NCBI RefSeq assembly: GCF_000012545.1
Contig: NC_007681.1
Span: 1,590,001 to 1,622,000 of the forward strand
Reading direction: 5' to 3'
DNA from: Methanosphaera stadtmanae DSM 3091
Lineage (GTDB): Archaea; Methanobacteriota; Methanobacteria; Methanobacteriales; Methanobacteriaceae
DNA: 32,000 nucleotides
Shown: piece after piece, positions 1 to 10,267 of the stretch
Layout of the letters: the number at the start of each line of letters is the position of its first letter
Position numbering within the stretch: position 1 is the stretch's first letter
Notes under the pieces: generated by a model
Databases searched by the model: none
What the model saw: only the letters and a program-made list of their open reading frames with translations
Told to the model about the DNA's origin: nothing
Program-made: the position numbers and the translations under genes

Positions 1-525
1 GATGGTGCTAATCAAATTCATGAGTTATATAAACAAGCCAGATACACCAAACCTACTGTGATTTTTATTGATGAAATTGATGCTATTGCATTAGAGAGAA
101 AGTATCAATCATTACGTGGAGATGTAACAGAGATTGTAAATGCTCTTCTTACTGAAATGGATGGTATTGAAGATAATGATAGCATTATTACTATTTGTGC
201 TACCAACAATCCTGAAATTCTTGATTATGCCATAAGAAGTAGATTTGAGGAGGAAATTGAATTTACATTACCTAATGATGAAGAACGTAGAATTATCCTT
301 GAAAAAAACATTAAGACTCTACCACTTAAATGTAGTTTTAATCTTGATAAATTAGTTTGTGAAACTAAAAATTTATCTGGAAGAGATATGAAGGAAAAAA
401 TATTAAAAACTGCCCTTCACAGAGCTTTATGTGATTCTCGTGATGTTATCAATGATGAGGATGTTAGTTATGCTTTAGATGAAATTAGAAAAGAAGTAAA
501 ACATTCAGATAAAATGTTTGTATAA
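1..525 (+). CDS. AAA+ family ATPase, C-terminal part (5' end outside window)
   Basis: Frame 1 is open from base 1 (DGANQIHELYKQARYTKPTV precedes the listed ORF). It has Walker B 'VIFIDEIDA', sensor-1 'ICATNNP', 'RSRFEEEIEF' and a C-terminal helical lid. Confidence 0.85.
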   Translation, partial: DGANQIHELYKQARYTKPTVIFIDEIDAIALERKYQSLRGDVTEIVNALLTEMDGIEDNDSIITICATNNPEILDYAIRSRFEEEIEFTLPNDEERRIILEKNIKTLPLKCSFNLDKLVCETKNLSGRDMKEKILKTALHRALCDSRDVINDEDVSYALDEIRKEVKHSDKMFV

Positions 526-818
526 ACTTCTTTCCTTAAATTTTTTTAAAATAATAAGTTATAAGTTATTTTTTTATAACTTTTAAGTTTTTAAATTATA
601 AATTAAAAGAAATAAGTAATAACTAATAAGAAAAAAGAATACATAAGAAAAAATAAGAGAAAAATAAAAATAAAAAAAGTAGCATATGTTATACAATACT
701 TTAAATATATAGAACTAATCGAAACACTCACATAAATTATAATTAACAATTAAAGAATAATTGTTTTTGAGAGTATGAATATATAAATAGTAGAATTACA
801 CATAATATAAAATAAGAC

Positions 819-839
819 GGAACACGGCATTAGTGTTCC
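819..839. promoter_or_regulatory. GC-rich inverted repeat GGAACAC-N7-GTGTTCC in the long AT-rich gdhA upstream region
   Basis: Perfect 7-bp arms read directly from the sequence. It is the only GC-rich element in the 433-bp spacer 526-958, about 120 nt upstream of the gdhA ATG. Confidence 0.3.
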
Positions 840-860
840 TATTAAAATTTAAAATTATAA

Positions 861-895
861 TAAACACCTACTATAATTCTATAGTAAAGTGTTTA
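861..895. promoter_or_regulatory. Second imperfect inverted repeat (TAAACAC-C-TACTATA / TATAGTA-AA-GTGTTTA) upstream of gdhA
   Basis: Two 7-bp paired segments with a small bulge and a 4-nt centre, about 65 nt upstream of the gdhA ATG. Confidence 0.25.
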
Positions 896-937
896 CAACA
901 GTAATATAATAGTTATTAAAAAAATAATAACAATTAG

Positions 938-2299
<1,362 letters not shown>

Positions 2300-2308
2300 A
2301 TACAAACT

Positions 2309-2340
2309 TGAATTATGATTCAATTCATAATTCATTCTTT
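2309..2340 (+). terminator. Hairpin (TGAATTATGA-TTCAAT-TCATAATTCA) followed by a T-rich tract after gdhA
   Basis: Perfect 10-bp stem 2309-2318/2325-2334, then TTCTTTT. It lies between the convergent gdhA and MATE gene ends. Confidence 0.4.
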
Positions 2341-2390
2341 TATAAACTCCTAAAACCAAAAACTCATTTTAAAAAAAATAGAAAATAAAA

Positions 2391-3764
2391 TTAATTATTT
2401 TTAAGTAATCTACTTACATAGATTTTTCCTATAATAAATGCTATAAATGCACCTATTGTATATCCAACAACATTACCTAACCATACACCATTAAGACCCA
2501 TATTAAATACTACTGCAAATAGATATGAAAATATTATTGCACATACTGCTTCTCTAGTAAATGTTAATAGTAATGATACATTAGCCTTACCAAATCCTTG
2601 AAATAAATATGTTGATACAACACCAATTGGAAATGTTAGAAATGTAATTGAAAAATATTTTAGAAACACTACAAAAGGTTCATGTAACATACTACTTGTA
2701 GATGAATATGCAAATAAGTATGCAATTTGATTTGCAAATACATATAATATTACTGCAGAAATTATACCAATAATTGTTCCAAGAAACATTGCATAATTAT
2801 ATGCTTCATTAATTCTATTAAAACGTTTTGCACCATAATTAAAACCAACAATACTTACTAATGCACTACCTATTCCAATTAAAGGTTCAAATGCAAATGA
2901 AATTAAACGCCATCCAGTCTCATATACTGCTACATAATCACTATTTGAAACCATTAATAATAAGAGATTCATTATTATTCCAACAAATGATAATACAAAA
3001 AATTCTATACTTGCTGGTATTCCTATTTTTAAAATATCCCTAATTATACCAGCATCATACTTAAAATATGTTCTATATGGCTTTAGATATGTATCTTTTT
3101 TAATATATATCCAATAAATTATAACTAAACATACAATTAGTAATGATATGAGTGTTGCATATGCAGCTCCCGCAATTCCCATATTTAACTGATAAATAAA
3201 TATTGGATCTAGAATTATATTTATAATTGTAGATAAAAACATTGCATACATCGTTCTTTTCACATCACCCTCTGCTCGTAATATACCATACATTGCTTGT
3301 GGAAATATAAGTAGAATTGAACCTACAAAAAACACTCTTGAAAATTCTAGAGCAAGCTGTAAATTCATACCACTTGCTCCAATTAAAATATACAAGGGTT
3401 CCATGAATACAAGCAATAATAGTGTAATTATTACTGAGAAAATAATAATTAAAAGTAGTGAATGAAATGAAGCATTGTTTGCTAATTTATGATTTTTCAT
3501 TCCAATATATTTTGAGATTACAGCAGTAATTCCTGAACCAAGACCTGCACCTATACCTAATATAATAAATTGTAGTGGAATTATAAAACCAATAGCTGTT
3601 AGTGCATCTACTCCTAGTCCTGATATCCACATTGCATCTACAATATAATATAATGATCCAATTACTAATGATACCATTAGAGGAAAAGATAACTTCCTAA
3701 CTGCAACTTTAGCATCACCATCTAGTATGTTAACTCCTATTGTATTTTCAGATTCTTCAACCAA
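2391..3764 (-). CDS. MATE family multidrug/toxic-compound efflux transporter
   Basis: 457 aa with about 12 hydrophobic segments and an internally duplicated MATE-like layout. It starts at TTG, preceded by GGAGGT with a 5-nt spacer. Confidence 0.85.
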   Translation of the reverse strand: MVEESENTIGVNILDGDAKVAVRKLSFPLMVSLVIGSLYYIVDAMWISGLGVDALTAIGFIIPLQFIILGIGAGLGSGITAVISKYIGMKNHKLANNASFHSLLLIIIFSVIITLLLLVFMEPLYILIGASGMNLQLALEFSRVFFVGSILLIFPQAMYGILRAEGDVKRTMYAMFLSTIINIILDPIFIYQLNMGIAGAAYATLISLLIVCLVIIYWIYIKKDTYLKPYRTYFKYDAGIIRDILKIGIPASIEFFVLSFVGIIMNLLLLMVSNSDYVAVYETGWRLISFAFEPLIGIGSALVSIVGFNYGAKRFNRINEAYNYAMFLGTIIGIISAVILYVFANQIAYLFAYSSTSSMLHEPFVVFLKYFSITFLTFPIGVVSTYLFQGFGKANVSLLLTFTREAVCAIIFSYLFAVVFNMGLNGVWLGNVVGYTIGAFIAFIIGKIYVSRLLKNN

Positions 3765-3877
3765 AAGATACCTCCTATAGAATCAATTAATATAACATTA
3801 ATATATTAACTTATGATTATATAAATTTTATTAAAAACAGGATATTAATAAAAAAAATATATCTGGGACTTAAAATT

Positions 3878-4288
3878 ATGAGTAAAACTGGATCAAAAGA
3901 AGAACGGGACCTTGTTAATAAATTATGGAATGCTAATTTTGCAGCTATGCGTGCACCTGCAAGTGGTGGTGCAACAAAAAGACCACTTCCTGATGTACTT
4001 GCAGGTAATGGAAAATTATATCTTGCTATAGAAGTTAAATCTACACGTCAAGAATATATTTATATTGATAATGAGAAGATTACTAATTTATTAAAATTTT
4101 CAAAAATCTTTGGTGCAAAAGCATATGTTGGTGCAAAATTCATTAGAAAACCTTGGAGATTTATAAAAATTGAGGATTTACATATAACACGCAAAAACAA
4201 TTACAGAGTAAATATTGACTTAGCATTTAGTAAGGGATTGGATTTTAATGAAATTATTGGAGAAAGTAAGCAGACAAAATTAATTTAA
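3878..4288 (+). CDS. hjc: Holliday junction resolvase Hjc
   Basis: 136 aa with N-terminal 'EERDLVNKLW', 'PDVLAG' and 'AIEVKST', which form the D...E-x-K nuclease motif typical of archaeal Hjc. Confidence 0.9.
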   Translation: MSKTGSKEERDLVNKLWNANFAAMRAPASGGATKRPLPDVLAGNGKLYLAIEVKSTRQEYIYIDNEKITNLLKFSKIFGAKAYVGAKFIRKPWRFIKIEDLHITRKNNYRVNIDLAFSKGLDFNEIIGESKQTKLI

Positions 4289-4307
4289 ATTTATTTAGGT
4301 GGATAAT

Positions 4308-4496
4308 ATGGATTCAAATAACATGACAATAGAATGTCCTATAGATAAAGCAACGAATATTTTCAGTAAAAAATAGACTATACAAATAATACGTGACTTA
4401 TTTTTTGGTAAAATACATTTTAAGGAATTTCAAGAAGATAAACCAAAACTTAGTAATAAAATATTATCTAAAAGATTAAAGGAATTAGAATCATAT
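4308..4496 (+). pseudogene. HxlR-family transcriptional regulator remnant (in-frame TAG, 3' end deleted)
   Basis: ATG 4308 follows AGGTGGA. The translation 'CPIDKATNIFSKK*TIQIIRDLFFGKIHFKEFQEDKPKLSNKILSKRLKELES' follows the HxlR pattern. The stop at 4374-4376 sits where the family has a conserved Trp. Homology ends near 4495, so the wing/C-terminal part is missing. Confidence 0.7.
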
Positions 4497-4900
4497 TTTT
4501 TGGTGGATTTCCTGAGAAATCTGCTAATACTGCCTTTGCATTTTTAAGAGTGAATACTTCAAATTCAGGATTATCTCCACTTTGATATAATACTTTAACT
4601 AGATCATTTGCATCGATTACTTTTTGTTTTAATTCAATATCATCAGTAAATTCTACTTGTGTTGATATTCTAAGTCATGCATAATCGTGAGTTACTGTTG
4701 TTATTTCAATATTAGAATTTTTTTTTGCATTTCTTTATACATTGGTTTTTTTTGTTACTTGTACAGAAGTATGGTTTTTCATCTTCTTCAAAGTAATATA
4801 ATATTGGTCTTATTTTTGAGTTGTTATCAAGTCCATTTGTTGCTAAGTATACGAGTGGATTTTCTTCTAAAAATTTTATTACACAATTCATTTTAATCAA
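4468..4900 (-). pseudogene. Pyridoxamine-5'-phosphate-oxidase-like (FMN-binding split-barrel) gene remnant
   Basis: The N-terminal 'MNCVIKFLEENPLVYLATNGLDNNSKIRPILYYFEEDEKPYFCTSNKK' continues in other frames as 'MYKEMQKK' and 'NSNIEITTVTHDYA*LRISTQVEFTDDIELKQKVIDANDLVKVLYQSGDNPEFEVFTLKNAKAVLADFSGNPP'. The frame changes at an A8 run (4746-4753) and an A9 run (4718-4726). An in-frame TGA lies at 4677-4675. Confidence 0.7.
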
Positions 4901-5066
4901 TCTCCATTAATTTAATTTTATATTTATATTATAGTAATTATTAGTTAATTTACTAAGTAAAGTATTTATAATCCTTTATTTACTTGGTAACTATTTAGTA
5001 ACCTATTTTTTAAAAATTAATTGAAGATATTATTATAAAAAGTTTTAAGAATAACCGACTAAATTA

Positions 5067-5230
5067 TAACTTATAATGTTAAAACAAATAACTTATAATG
5101 TTAAAACAAATAACTTATAATGTTAAAACAAATAACTTATAATGTTAAAACAAATAACTTATAATGTTAAAACAAATAACTTATAATGTTAAAACAAATA
5201 ACTTATAATGTTAAAACAAATAACTTATAA
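5067..5230. repeat. Perfect direct tandem repeat, 22-bp unit TAACTTATAATGTTAAAACAAA x 7 plus a 10-bp partial eighth copy
   Basis: Units start at 5067, 5089, 5111, 5133, 5155, 5177 and 5199, with a partial copy at 5221. No mismatches were seen. The repeat is intergenic. Confidence 0.97.
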
Positions 5231-5248
5231 CTTATACTAAAGATAAAT

Positions 5249-5269
5249 AAAAAAAAAATAATAAAAAAA
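5249..5269 (-). terminator. Oligo-T tracts (T7 and T10 on the - strand) immediately after the pyrK stop
   Basis: A-runs at 5263-5269 and 5249-5258 on the + strand. Archaeal transcription terminates at oligo-T. Confidence 0.45.
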
Positions 5270-6079
5270 TTAGTATTTAACAATACTTCCTGAAGCATCA
5301 CGACGATACTTACCAAATTCTCCAAGTTCTCTTAATTGATTCTTATTAAAAACAGGACCTTCCACACATACTCTAAGTCCTGTATCATCAATACAACACT
5401 GCCCACATATACCAAGACCACATTTCATATATCTATCAAGTGCTAATTGACAATCAACATCGTATTTAATACTTAATTCATACAATTTATAGGACATTAT
5501 TTCTGGACCACAACCAACAATAACATCATATTCCCCAGTTTGTAACAATTCCTCTGCAAGTTGTGTACTGAAACCTTTAAATCCACAACTTCCATCATCA
5601 GTACACTTATGTACTACAACATCAGAATCAAATCTTTTATTAAATACCAGTTCATCAGCACAACTTGATGCTGATATTAACTCCACATTATCATAAAATG
5701 AAGTTAAAGGTGCAAGAGAAGCTATACCTGATCCTCCACCCACAGCTAGTACTTTTTTATAACCATCCAGTTCATATCCATGACCATAAGGTCCTCTAAT
5801 ACCAATTAAATCACCCACATCCATATTATCATACATATTTTCCGTAAATGGTCCTGCTTTACGAATAGTTATTCCCATAAGATTATTTTCCCTATCAATA
5901 ATGGAGATTGTCATTGGTTTTTCATTATGTAAATCCCATACCATAACAAATTGTCCAGGATGAATATCATCTGTTATATTCCATGGAAATATAAATGTTT
6001 TTACTGTTGGTGTTTCAATAATTGTTTCTTTTATTTCAACGACATTTGGAACTTCATCATCATAAACATTTTCAATCAT
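5270..6079 (-). CDS. pyrK: Dihydroorotate dehydrogenase B, electron-transfer (FAD/[2Fe-2S]) subunit
   Basis: 269 aa with a ferredoxin-reductase-like fold and a C-terminal 'CGLGICGQCC...C' cluster motif. GGTGA SD. It lies 11 nt downstream of pyrD. Confidence 0.9.
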   Translation of the reverse strand: MIENVYDDEVPNVVEIKETIIETPTVKTFIFPWNITDDIHPGQFVMVWDLHNEKPMTISIIDRENNLMGITIRKAGPFTENMYDNMDVGDLIGIRGPYGHGYELDGYKKVLAVGGGSGIASLAPLTSFYDNVELISASSCADELVFNKRFDSDVVVHKCTDDGSCGFKGFSTQLAEELLQTGEYDVIVGCGPEIMSYKLYELSIKYDVDCQLALDRYMKCGLGICGQCCIDDTGLRVCVEGPVFNKNQLRELGEFGKYRRDASGSIVKY

Positions 6080-6090
6080 AAACTTTTCAC

Positions 6091-7011
6091 CTATCCTAAG
6101 TTATGAGATAATCCTATAATCTCTTCCACATTTTTATAACCATTTTCTTCTAAGAAATTTGAAAGATCATGTGTTATATTTTTAAATATTTCTGGTCCTT
6201 CATACATAATTGATGTTCCAATTTGAAGTAGGCTTGCACCTGCATATAAAAATTCTAATGCATCTTTATATGTTCTTATTCCACCCACACCAAATAATGG
6301 AATATCAACAGTTTCATATGTTTTATATACACATTTAAGAGCTATTGGTTTTATCATAGGACCAGCAATTCCTCCAAATACATTATTTAGTATTGGTCTT
6401 GCTGTTTTATAATCTATTCTAAGACCTGGCCCCACACTATTTATAAGAGTTAATGCATCAGCCCCAGCATCCTCTGCTGCCTTTGCAATTTCTGTAATAT
6501 CTGTTACATTTGGTGTTAATTTAACTATGATTGGTACATCTTTTATATTATCTTTAACACTACTTACAATATCATGTGTTAATTCAGGATTTTCCCCAAT
6601 ATTTGATCCAAAACCACATTTTGCATGTGGACAAGATACATTTAATTCAAATGCATCAACATAATCCTTTGTCTGATTTGCAACATCAGAGAATACTTCC
6701 TCACTATCACCATATATTGAGGCTATTACTGGTGTTTTATCACGAATTTCATTTAAATCTTTGAGTTCTTCTTTTTTAGCCTCAACTCCAGGACTTGCAA
6801 GCCCTACTGAGTTTATAACCCCACCTTCAATCTTTACAATGGTAGGATTATCATATCCATCATTTGCTTCTATACTAAATGACTTTGTTACAATACCTCC
6901 AGCACCAGCTCTTGCAACCATTTTCATTGAACTAGCTGTTGTTCCAAGAATTCCTGCTGCTAAAAATAGAGGATTAGATAGTTTCATTCCTAAAATTTCT
7001 TGTTCTAACAT
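6091..7011 (-). CDS. pyrD: Dihydroorotate dehydrogenase B, catalytic subunit
   Basis: 306 aa TIM-barrel flavoenzyme with 'NPLFLAAG', 'ELNVSCPH' and 'GVGGI' motifs. It is paired with pyrK. Confidence 0.92.
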   Translation of the reverse strand: MLEQEILGMKLSNPLFLAAGILGTTASSMKMVARAGAGGIVTKSFSIEANDGYDNPTIVKIEGGVINSVGLASPGVEAKKEELKDLNEIRDKTPVIASIYGDSEEVFSDVANQTKDYVDAFELNVSCPHAKCGFGSNIGENPELTHDIVSSVKDNIKDVPIIVKLTPNVTDITEIAKAAEDAGADALTLINSVGPGLRIDYKTARPILNNVFGGIAGPMIKPIALKCVYKTYETVDIPLFGVGGIRTYKDALEFLYAGASLLQIGTSIMYEGPEIFKNITHDLSNFLEENGYKNVEEIIGLSHNLG

Positions 7012-7166
7012 TTCTACTTTCCTACTAATTTTTTATTTTATAATAAAAAAATAATTTATAATATCTTATATTTATTTCTGTATTTTCATGCTTATAAATT
7101 AAAAATAGTTTATTGTTATGACAAGTTGTTAACATTAATAAATATAGAAAATTAAAAGTATTATAC

Positions 7167-8396
7167 ATGAAATGCTATATTACAACTACAAGTTTCGGAT
7201 TTATAGCTACGAATCAAGATAATGAAATAATTGACTACAGAGTTTTTGAAAAAAAACAAGTTGAAAAACTACTAGAAATACAGAAAAAACAATTATTACA
7301 AGAAGAAGTAGAGTTAATTGAATCAGTTGGTTTATATTATGATGAAATTGTAATAGAAACTAGTAAGGCTCGAAGTATATATTCACACTTAAATCAGTAT
7401 AATAAAATCATTACAGAAAATACAACAAAAACTGGAAAATACATAAGAAACAATTTAGAAGAGATTTTAACAGATATTCCCGAGCTAAAAAAGGTTGATG
7501 TACGTAGAAATTTAAATAATACATATACCCAAATAGCTAAAGATAAAATTAGAGAATCTATTAAAACTAATGATGTAATGATCGTAGAAACAATAAATTC
7601 ACTTGAAGAAATAGAAGAAACTACAGGTAAATTAATTGAACGTTTAAGAGAATGGACAATAACATATGTTCCAGAGTTAGATAAGATTCATAATCATGAA
7701 TTATATTCTAAAATCATTGCTTTAGAAACAACACGTGAAAATATTAAAAATAGTTCTTTAATTGAAAATACACAGATTGAAATACTAGATAGTAACGATG
7801 TTGAAATGACTGAAGAAGATTTATCAATAATTAAAGAATTTGCTACATCAATTTATTCATTATATCAGACAAAGAATACTCTTGAAGAATTTATCCAGAA
7901 TAAGATAAAAGAAGTAGCTCCTAATTTATATGATGTTGCAGGTGCTAACCTTGCAGCTAAATTAATTGCACATATGAATGGATTAGAACAACTTGCTAAA
8001 TTACCATCAAGTACTGTTCAAATTATTGGTGCTGAAAAGGCAACATTTAGACATTTGAAAACTGGAGAAAATCCACCCAAACATGGATTAATCTTCCAAC
8101 ATCCAAGTATTCGTGGTTCAAATTGGTGGATACGTGGAAAATTAGCCCGTGCTGTAGCTGCTAAAATTACTATTGCAGCAAGAAAAGATGCATTTAGTAA
8201 TGATTATGATGCTAATTTGAAGATTGAACTTGATGAGAAAATTGAGAAAATAAAAAAGGATCATCCATTCCCCGAAAGAAAAAAGAAAAAAGAGAATAAG
8301 GATAAAAAAGGTAAAAAAAGTAAAAAAAATCGTAAAGAACGTAAAAAAAAGAAAAATAGGAAGAAAAAATTAAGAAAAGGAGAATATTCCTATTAG
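7167..8396 (+). CDS. nop5: C/D box sRNP core protein Nop5 (Nop56/58 homologue) with a Lys-rich C-terminal tail
   Basis: 409 aa with a NOP domain 'GAEKATFRHLKTGENPPKHGLIFQHP'. It lies directly upstream of fibrillarin. Confidence 0.92.
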   Translation: MKCYITTTSFGFIATNQDNEIIDYRVFEKKQVEKLLEIQKKQLLQEEVELIESVGLYYDEIVIETSKARSIYSHLNQYNKIITENTTKTGKYIRNNLEEILTDIPELKKVDVRRNLNNTYTQIAKDKIRESIKTNDVMIVETINSLEEIEETTGKLIERLREWTITYVPELDKIHNHELYSKIIALETTRENIKNSSLIENTQIEILDSNDVEMTEEDLSIIKEFATSIYSLYQTKNTLEEFIQNKIKEVAPNLYDVAGANLAAKLIAHMNGLEQLAKLPSSTVQIIGAEKATFRHLKTGENPPKHGLIFQHPSIRGSNWWIRGKLARAVAAKITIAARKDAFSNDYDANLKIELDEKIEKIKKDHPFPERKKKKENKDKKGKKSKKNRKERKKKKNRKKKLRKGEYSY

Positions 8397-8410
8397 GGAG
8401 TTGATATTAT

Positions 8411-9076
8411 ATGCAGATAAAAAATATTGGTGAAAATGTATATCAAATAGATAATCAAATTGCTACTGTAAATCTAACTCCTACAAAACAAGTGTATCAA
8501 GAAAAACTCATACCATATGAAGATAAAGAATTTAGATTATGGAATCCACGTAGATCAAAACTAGCTGCAAGTATTATTAAAGGTCTTACTATATTTCCAT
8601 TTAAGAAAGATTCAAATGTATTATATTTAGGAGCTTCTGCAGGAACTACTCCTTCACATATTTCAGATATATGTACTGAAGGAAAAATTTATTCAGTTGA
8701 ATTTTCTCCAACAATGATGAGAGAATTCATTGAAGTTGCACAAAAAAGAGAAAATTTAATACCATTACTTGAAGATGCTACACATCCCCTTAATTACCAA
8801 CACTTATTAGAATCAGTTGATATTGTCTATAGTGATGTGGCTCAAGCACAACAAACAAAACTTTTCATTGATAATTTCAGACTGTTTGCAAAGGAAGATG
8901 CAACTGGAATTATAATGATTAAAGCAAGAAGTATTGATGTAACAATGAATCCAAATACAATTTTTAAACAGGAAAAAAGAAAGCTTGAAGAAAGTGGCCT
9001 AAAAGTTTTAGAAGAAATAAAACTTGACCCTTATGAAAAGGATCATATTGCATTTATTTGTAAAAAATCATTCTAA
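8411..9076 (+). CDS. flpA: Fibrillarin-like rRNA/tRNA 2'-O-methyltransferase
   Basis: 221 aa with SAM-binding 'VLYLGASAGTTPSHISD' and 'YSDVAQ'. This is the classical nop5-flpA operon. Confidence 0.95.
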   Translation: MQIKNIGENVYQIDNQIATVNLTPTKQVYQEKLIPYEDKEFRLWNPRRSKLAASIIKGLTIFPFKKDSNVLYLGASAGTTPSHISDICTEGKIYSVEFSPTMMREFIEVAQKRENLIPLLEDATHPLNYQHLLESVDIVYSDVAQAQQTKLFIDNFRLFAKEDATGIIMIKARSIDVTMNPNTIFKQEKRKLEESGLKVLEEIKLDPYEKDHIAFICKKSF

Positions 9077-9094
9077 AAAAAAGATGATAGATTT

Positions 9095-10249
9095 TTATAT
9101 TAATTTATAAATTCTATCAATTATTTTTTGAGAAATATGCCATTTAGAATCAAGACATAACTTCTCACAACCATCATCACTAATTAAGTAAACCTCATTA
9201 TCCTCACATCCAGGTCCAGCCCCTTCAACAAGAATATCATTAGCCACCATTAAATCAACATCGTATTGATTTTTTTTATTAGTAGCCTTTTTAATTAAAT
9301 CACCCTCAGACAAACCAGCTTCAGCCTTAAATCCAACAATAAAAATATTAGAATTAATTTCTCTTACTTGTTCTAAAATTTTAGGTAATCTTCTAAGATT
9401 AAGTGATAAATCATTGTCTGATGAATATTTTAAATCACTCTTATTTTCCACTTCAAAATCAGAAACAGCTGCTGTTGAAACGAAAATATCAGCATTTATA
9501 ATCTCTTTTTTCACAACTTCAGCCATTTCACGTGATGATTCCACATTGATCCTCCTAAAAGTTTTAGGAATATGTGTTTTTGTTATTCCACAAATCAATG
9601 TAACATTAGCTCCTTGACGATATGCTTCTTTTGCAATTTCAACACCCATCTTACCAGAACTTCTATTAGTTATTCCACGCATAGCATCAATTTCTTCAAA
9701 AGTTCCACCAGCAGTTATAACGACATTCATTCCATCTAATTTATTTTCAGAAACCATTCTTTCCACTTCAAGAACAATATCATGTTTACTTGGAAACTTA
9801 GCTTTTCTTTCTTCATTAGTAGGTTCTATAAATCTAACTTCTGGATGTTTTTCTTTAATTTTATTAATATTTTCTTCTATTGCATGATACATTGAAATAT
9901 GCATTGATGGAACAAATAATATTGGAGTTTTATAACCACTGGCTGTTAATAGAAGAGTAGTTACTGAAGTATCTGCTATTTTATAAGCAAATTTACTTAT
10001 TGTATTTGCTGTTGCTGGTGCAACAAGTATTAAATCAGCTTGTGCATTTTTTACATGTTCAACATTACCAGTAATTTTTGTTACAACAGGATTCTTTGTT
10101 GCAAATTCCATAGACAGTGGTGTTATAATATCACATGCATCATCTGTCATGAAACATTCAACATCAAAACCATGTCTTTGTAATTGATGTACTAACTTTA
10201 AATCTTCAGTTGCGGCAATACTACCAGTAACACAAAGAATTATCTTCAT
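9095..10249 (-). CDS. coaBC: Bifunctional phosphopantothenoylcysteine decarboxylase / phosphopantothenate-cysteine ligase
   Basis: 384 aa with an N-terminal flavoprotein 'KIILCVTGSIAA' and a C-terminal CoaB 'NRSSGKMG' motif. Confidence 0.9.
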   Translation of the reverse strand: MKIILCVTGSIAATEDLKLVHQLQRHGFDVECFMTDDACDIITPLSMEFATKNPVVTKITGNVEHVKNAQADLILVAPATANTISKFAYKIADTSVTTLLLTASGYKTPILFVPSMHISMYHAIEENINKIKEKHPEVRFIEPTNEERKAKFPSKHDIVLEVERMVSENKLDGMNVVITAGGTFEEIDAMRGITNRSSGKMGVEIAKEAYRQGANVTLICGITKTHIPKTFRRINVESSREMAEVVKKEIINADIFVSTAAVSDFEVENKSDLKYSSDNDLSLNLRRLPKILEQVREINSNIFIVGFKAEAGLSEGDLIKKATNKKNQYDVDLMVANDILVEGAGPGCEDNEVYLISDDGCEKLCLDSKWHISQKIIDRIYKLI

Positions 10250-10267
10250 ATATATCCCCCATATTTA

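Noticed and set aside
555-568. TAAGTTATAAGTTA downstream of the AAA ATPase gene is the reverse complement of the TAACTTATAACTTA at the decaying end of the tandem repeat (5221-5234).
   Set aside because: It is a 14-nt match made of A/T-rich low-complexity sequence. Similar ATAACTTAT strings recur elsewhere, for example near 18940. Chance cannot be excluded without genome-wide statistics.
819-839. GGAA...TTCC palindrome as an NrpR nitrogen-repressor operator.
   Set aside because: The described NrpR operator is GGAA-N6-TTCC. Here the GGAA and TTCC are 13 nt apart, so the match is only superficial. It is kept as a generic inverted repeat.
4374-4376. In-frame TAG in the HxlR-like ORF as a pyrrolysine codon.
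   Set aside because: Amber-encoded pyrrolysine is known from Methanosarcinales and Methanomassiliicoccales methylamine methyltransferases, not from Methanobacteriales regulators. The position aligns with a conserved Trp (TGG to TAG), and the gene is also 3'-truncated.
4687-4896. A 69-aa + strand ORF opposite the PNPOx-like remnant.
   Set aside because: It is the antisense shadow of the recognisable, though decayed, - strand gene.
5067-5230. Possible CRISPR array.
   Set aside because: The repeats are directly contiguous with no spacers, the unit is only 22 bp, and there are no cas genes in the window. It is a tandem minisatellite.
7012-7166. Possible sRNA or regulatory repeat (TTGTTA...TTGTTAAC) in the pyrD / nop5 divergent spacer.
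   Set aside because: It consists only of short AT-rich direct repeats, with no box motifs or stable structure. It is indistinguishable from background promoter DNA.
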